DNA of 64,000 nucleotides from Lama glama (taxonomy: Eukaryota). A program made the position numbers and the translations under genes. Where the stretch lies: positions 16,494,001 through 16,558,000 of the forward strand of contig CM052816.1 of NCBI GenBank assembly GCA_028534125.1, written 5' to 3'. The notes beneath the pieces were generated by a model. The model was not told where the DNA came from, searched no databases, and saw nothing but the letters and a program-made list of their open reading frames with translations. This document shows, piece by piece, positions 62,530 through 64,000 of the stretch. How positions within the stretch are numbered: position 1 is the stretch's first letter; each line of letters starts with the position of its first letter.

Positions 62530-63860
62530 TTTTTCAATTGAGATATGATTCATGTAGCTTAATACTCAATACTTTAAAACATACAATTGAGTGGTTTTTA
62601 ATATGTTCACAAAGTTGTGCAACCATCACCACAATCTAACACAAGAACATTTTCATCATCCCAGAAAGAAACCCTGTGTCCATTAGCAGGCACTCCTCAT
62701 TTCCCACTCAACCTCTCTCAGGCCACCGCTAATCAACTTTCTGTCTCTATAGATTTGCCTATTCTGGATATTTGTATCAAGGGAATCGTATAATGTGTGG
62801 TCTTTTGTGACTGGTTTCTTTCACTTAGCATAAGTATTTTTAAGGTTCATCTCTACTGTAGCCAGAATCAGTACTTCCATCCTACTGGTTCCTGGCTCCA
62901 ACAGCTTCTTCTTCAGGTAAAGTGGTCTGCATTCTGGGTATTCACCTATCTCTCTAGTTTTCAGGGTGGCAGTTTGTCCTTTGGCCTCAGTTTCTGACGG
63001 ATCTAAGAGAAGCTGTTGATTTTCAGTCTGTTTAGCTTTTTTCTTGTTGTGAGGCAGCTGGGATTTTGATAGGAATTGAGTTGAATCTGTAAACTAATCT
63101 GAGGAGTATTGCCATCTTAACTATATTGAGTCTTCCATGAACATGAAACTGAAGACAGATTCCTTAAACTATAACTTGCTTAATAAATAATATCCTGTAA
63201 CCTGCCTTTACTGACTAAGCTCGCTTTGTTTTTGCAAAGTGCATACCCCCTTAGCTTCACAAGGCTTAGACAGTATATCACAAGACTCTTTTAACCACCC
63301 CCTATAGGTAACAACTCTGACGTATGGGTTGCTATAGTAACGATTGCTTAAATTGTTTTTCGAAAACATAGAGCTAGTCTTGCCCAGTTCAAGACTATGG
63401 ACCATTCAACTGGGCCTGCGCAAGTGTCTGATGGATGACCTTTGGATACCAGAGGGCCAAAACCCTCTGAGATCATCATTCTTAAGAAGCCATTTCCTGA
63501 ACATGAGTCTCACAAAGAAGCATGTAACTGAGACACACCTGCACAAAACACCAATTACTTCACAATTTTCTTGCCTCCAATCATTCTTCCCTACGTCTCA
63601 GCTTCTTTATCCTATAAACATCCCCAGCCCCTCACCTTTGGAAAGGTGGAATTTGATAACCTGTTCTCCAGTCTGCTTGGCTGAGTCGTGAGTAAACCGT
63701 TTCTCTGCTGCAAATCTCAAAGTCTCAATGTTGGGCTTCTGCACATCAGGCAAACGAACCTGGTTAGGTAACAAACCTGGGATGTATTTTCATTTATTTA
63801 GGTTTTCTTTAATTTCTTGCAACGGTATTTTATATTTTTCAGTGTATCTTCCCTTAACTT
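62530..63860 (-). mobile_element. Fragmented old L1 with nested LTR pieces
   Basis: L1MB-type 3' end at 62530-62880. ORF2-like GGGATTTTGATAGGAATTGAGTTGAATCTGTA resumes after the LTR as TGGGATGTATTTTCATTTATTTAGG. Confidence 0.75.
63144..63773 (+). mobile_element. ERV1 solo LTR (MER41-like)
   Basis: TGAAAC...GTAACA termini, near-TSD AACA/AACC, TATAAA at ~63613, and AGTAAACCGTTTCTCTGCTGCAAA poly(A) region. It splits an L1. Confidence 0.75.
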
Positions 63861-64000
63861 TTGTCCTTCCCTGGCTCAGCTGCTGCAGAGCTGAAGGGTT
63901 AAGATGTGAGAAGGGTAGAGGGGATTGTCACTATTTCTCAGCCAGGGGCAAGACCAGGGCTCCCTTGGGATGACCCATGCAGGGTGTTGGGCAGTTATTA

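Overview
Mammalian genomic DNA, very probably a camelid, judged from the tRNA-derived Vic-1-type SINEs and the young L1 3' ends. The window holds the 5' end of CTNNA1 (alpha-E-catenin) on the minus strand: a CpG-island promoter with non-coding exon 1 (~33263-33355), a ~23.3 kb intron 1, coding exons 2 (9817-9923) and 3 (8265-8460), and the start of intron 3. The right half is ~30 kb of repeat-rich upstream DNA. Intron 1 contains a COX6C processed pseudogene and an unusual poly(A)-less, apparently spliced NPRL3 mRNA fragment with a fold-back junction, nested inside MER33, inside a Charlie-type element, inside an old L1. Other points of interest: exons 2+3 total 303 nt and would give a stop-free ORF if back-spliced; three U1-type donors sit just upstream of the promoter on the antisense strand; several retrotransposition events are atypical. 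Repeat family names and reference protein comparisons are from memory and need Dfam/BLAST confirmation. Repeat boundaries are approximate unless a TSD is quoted. Most ORFs in the track are not genes.
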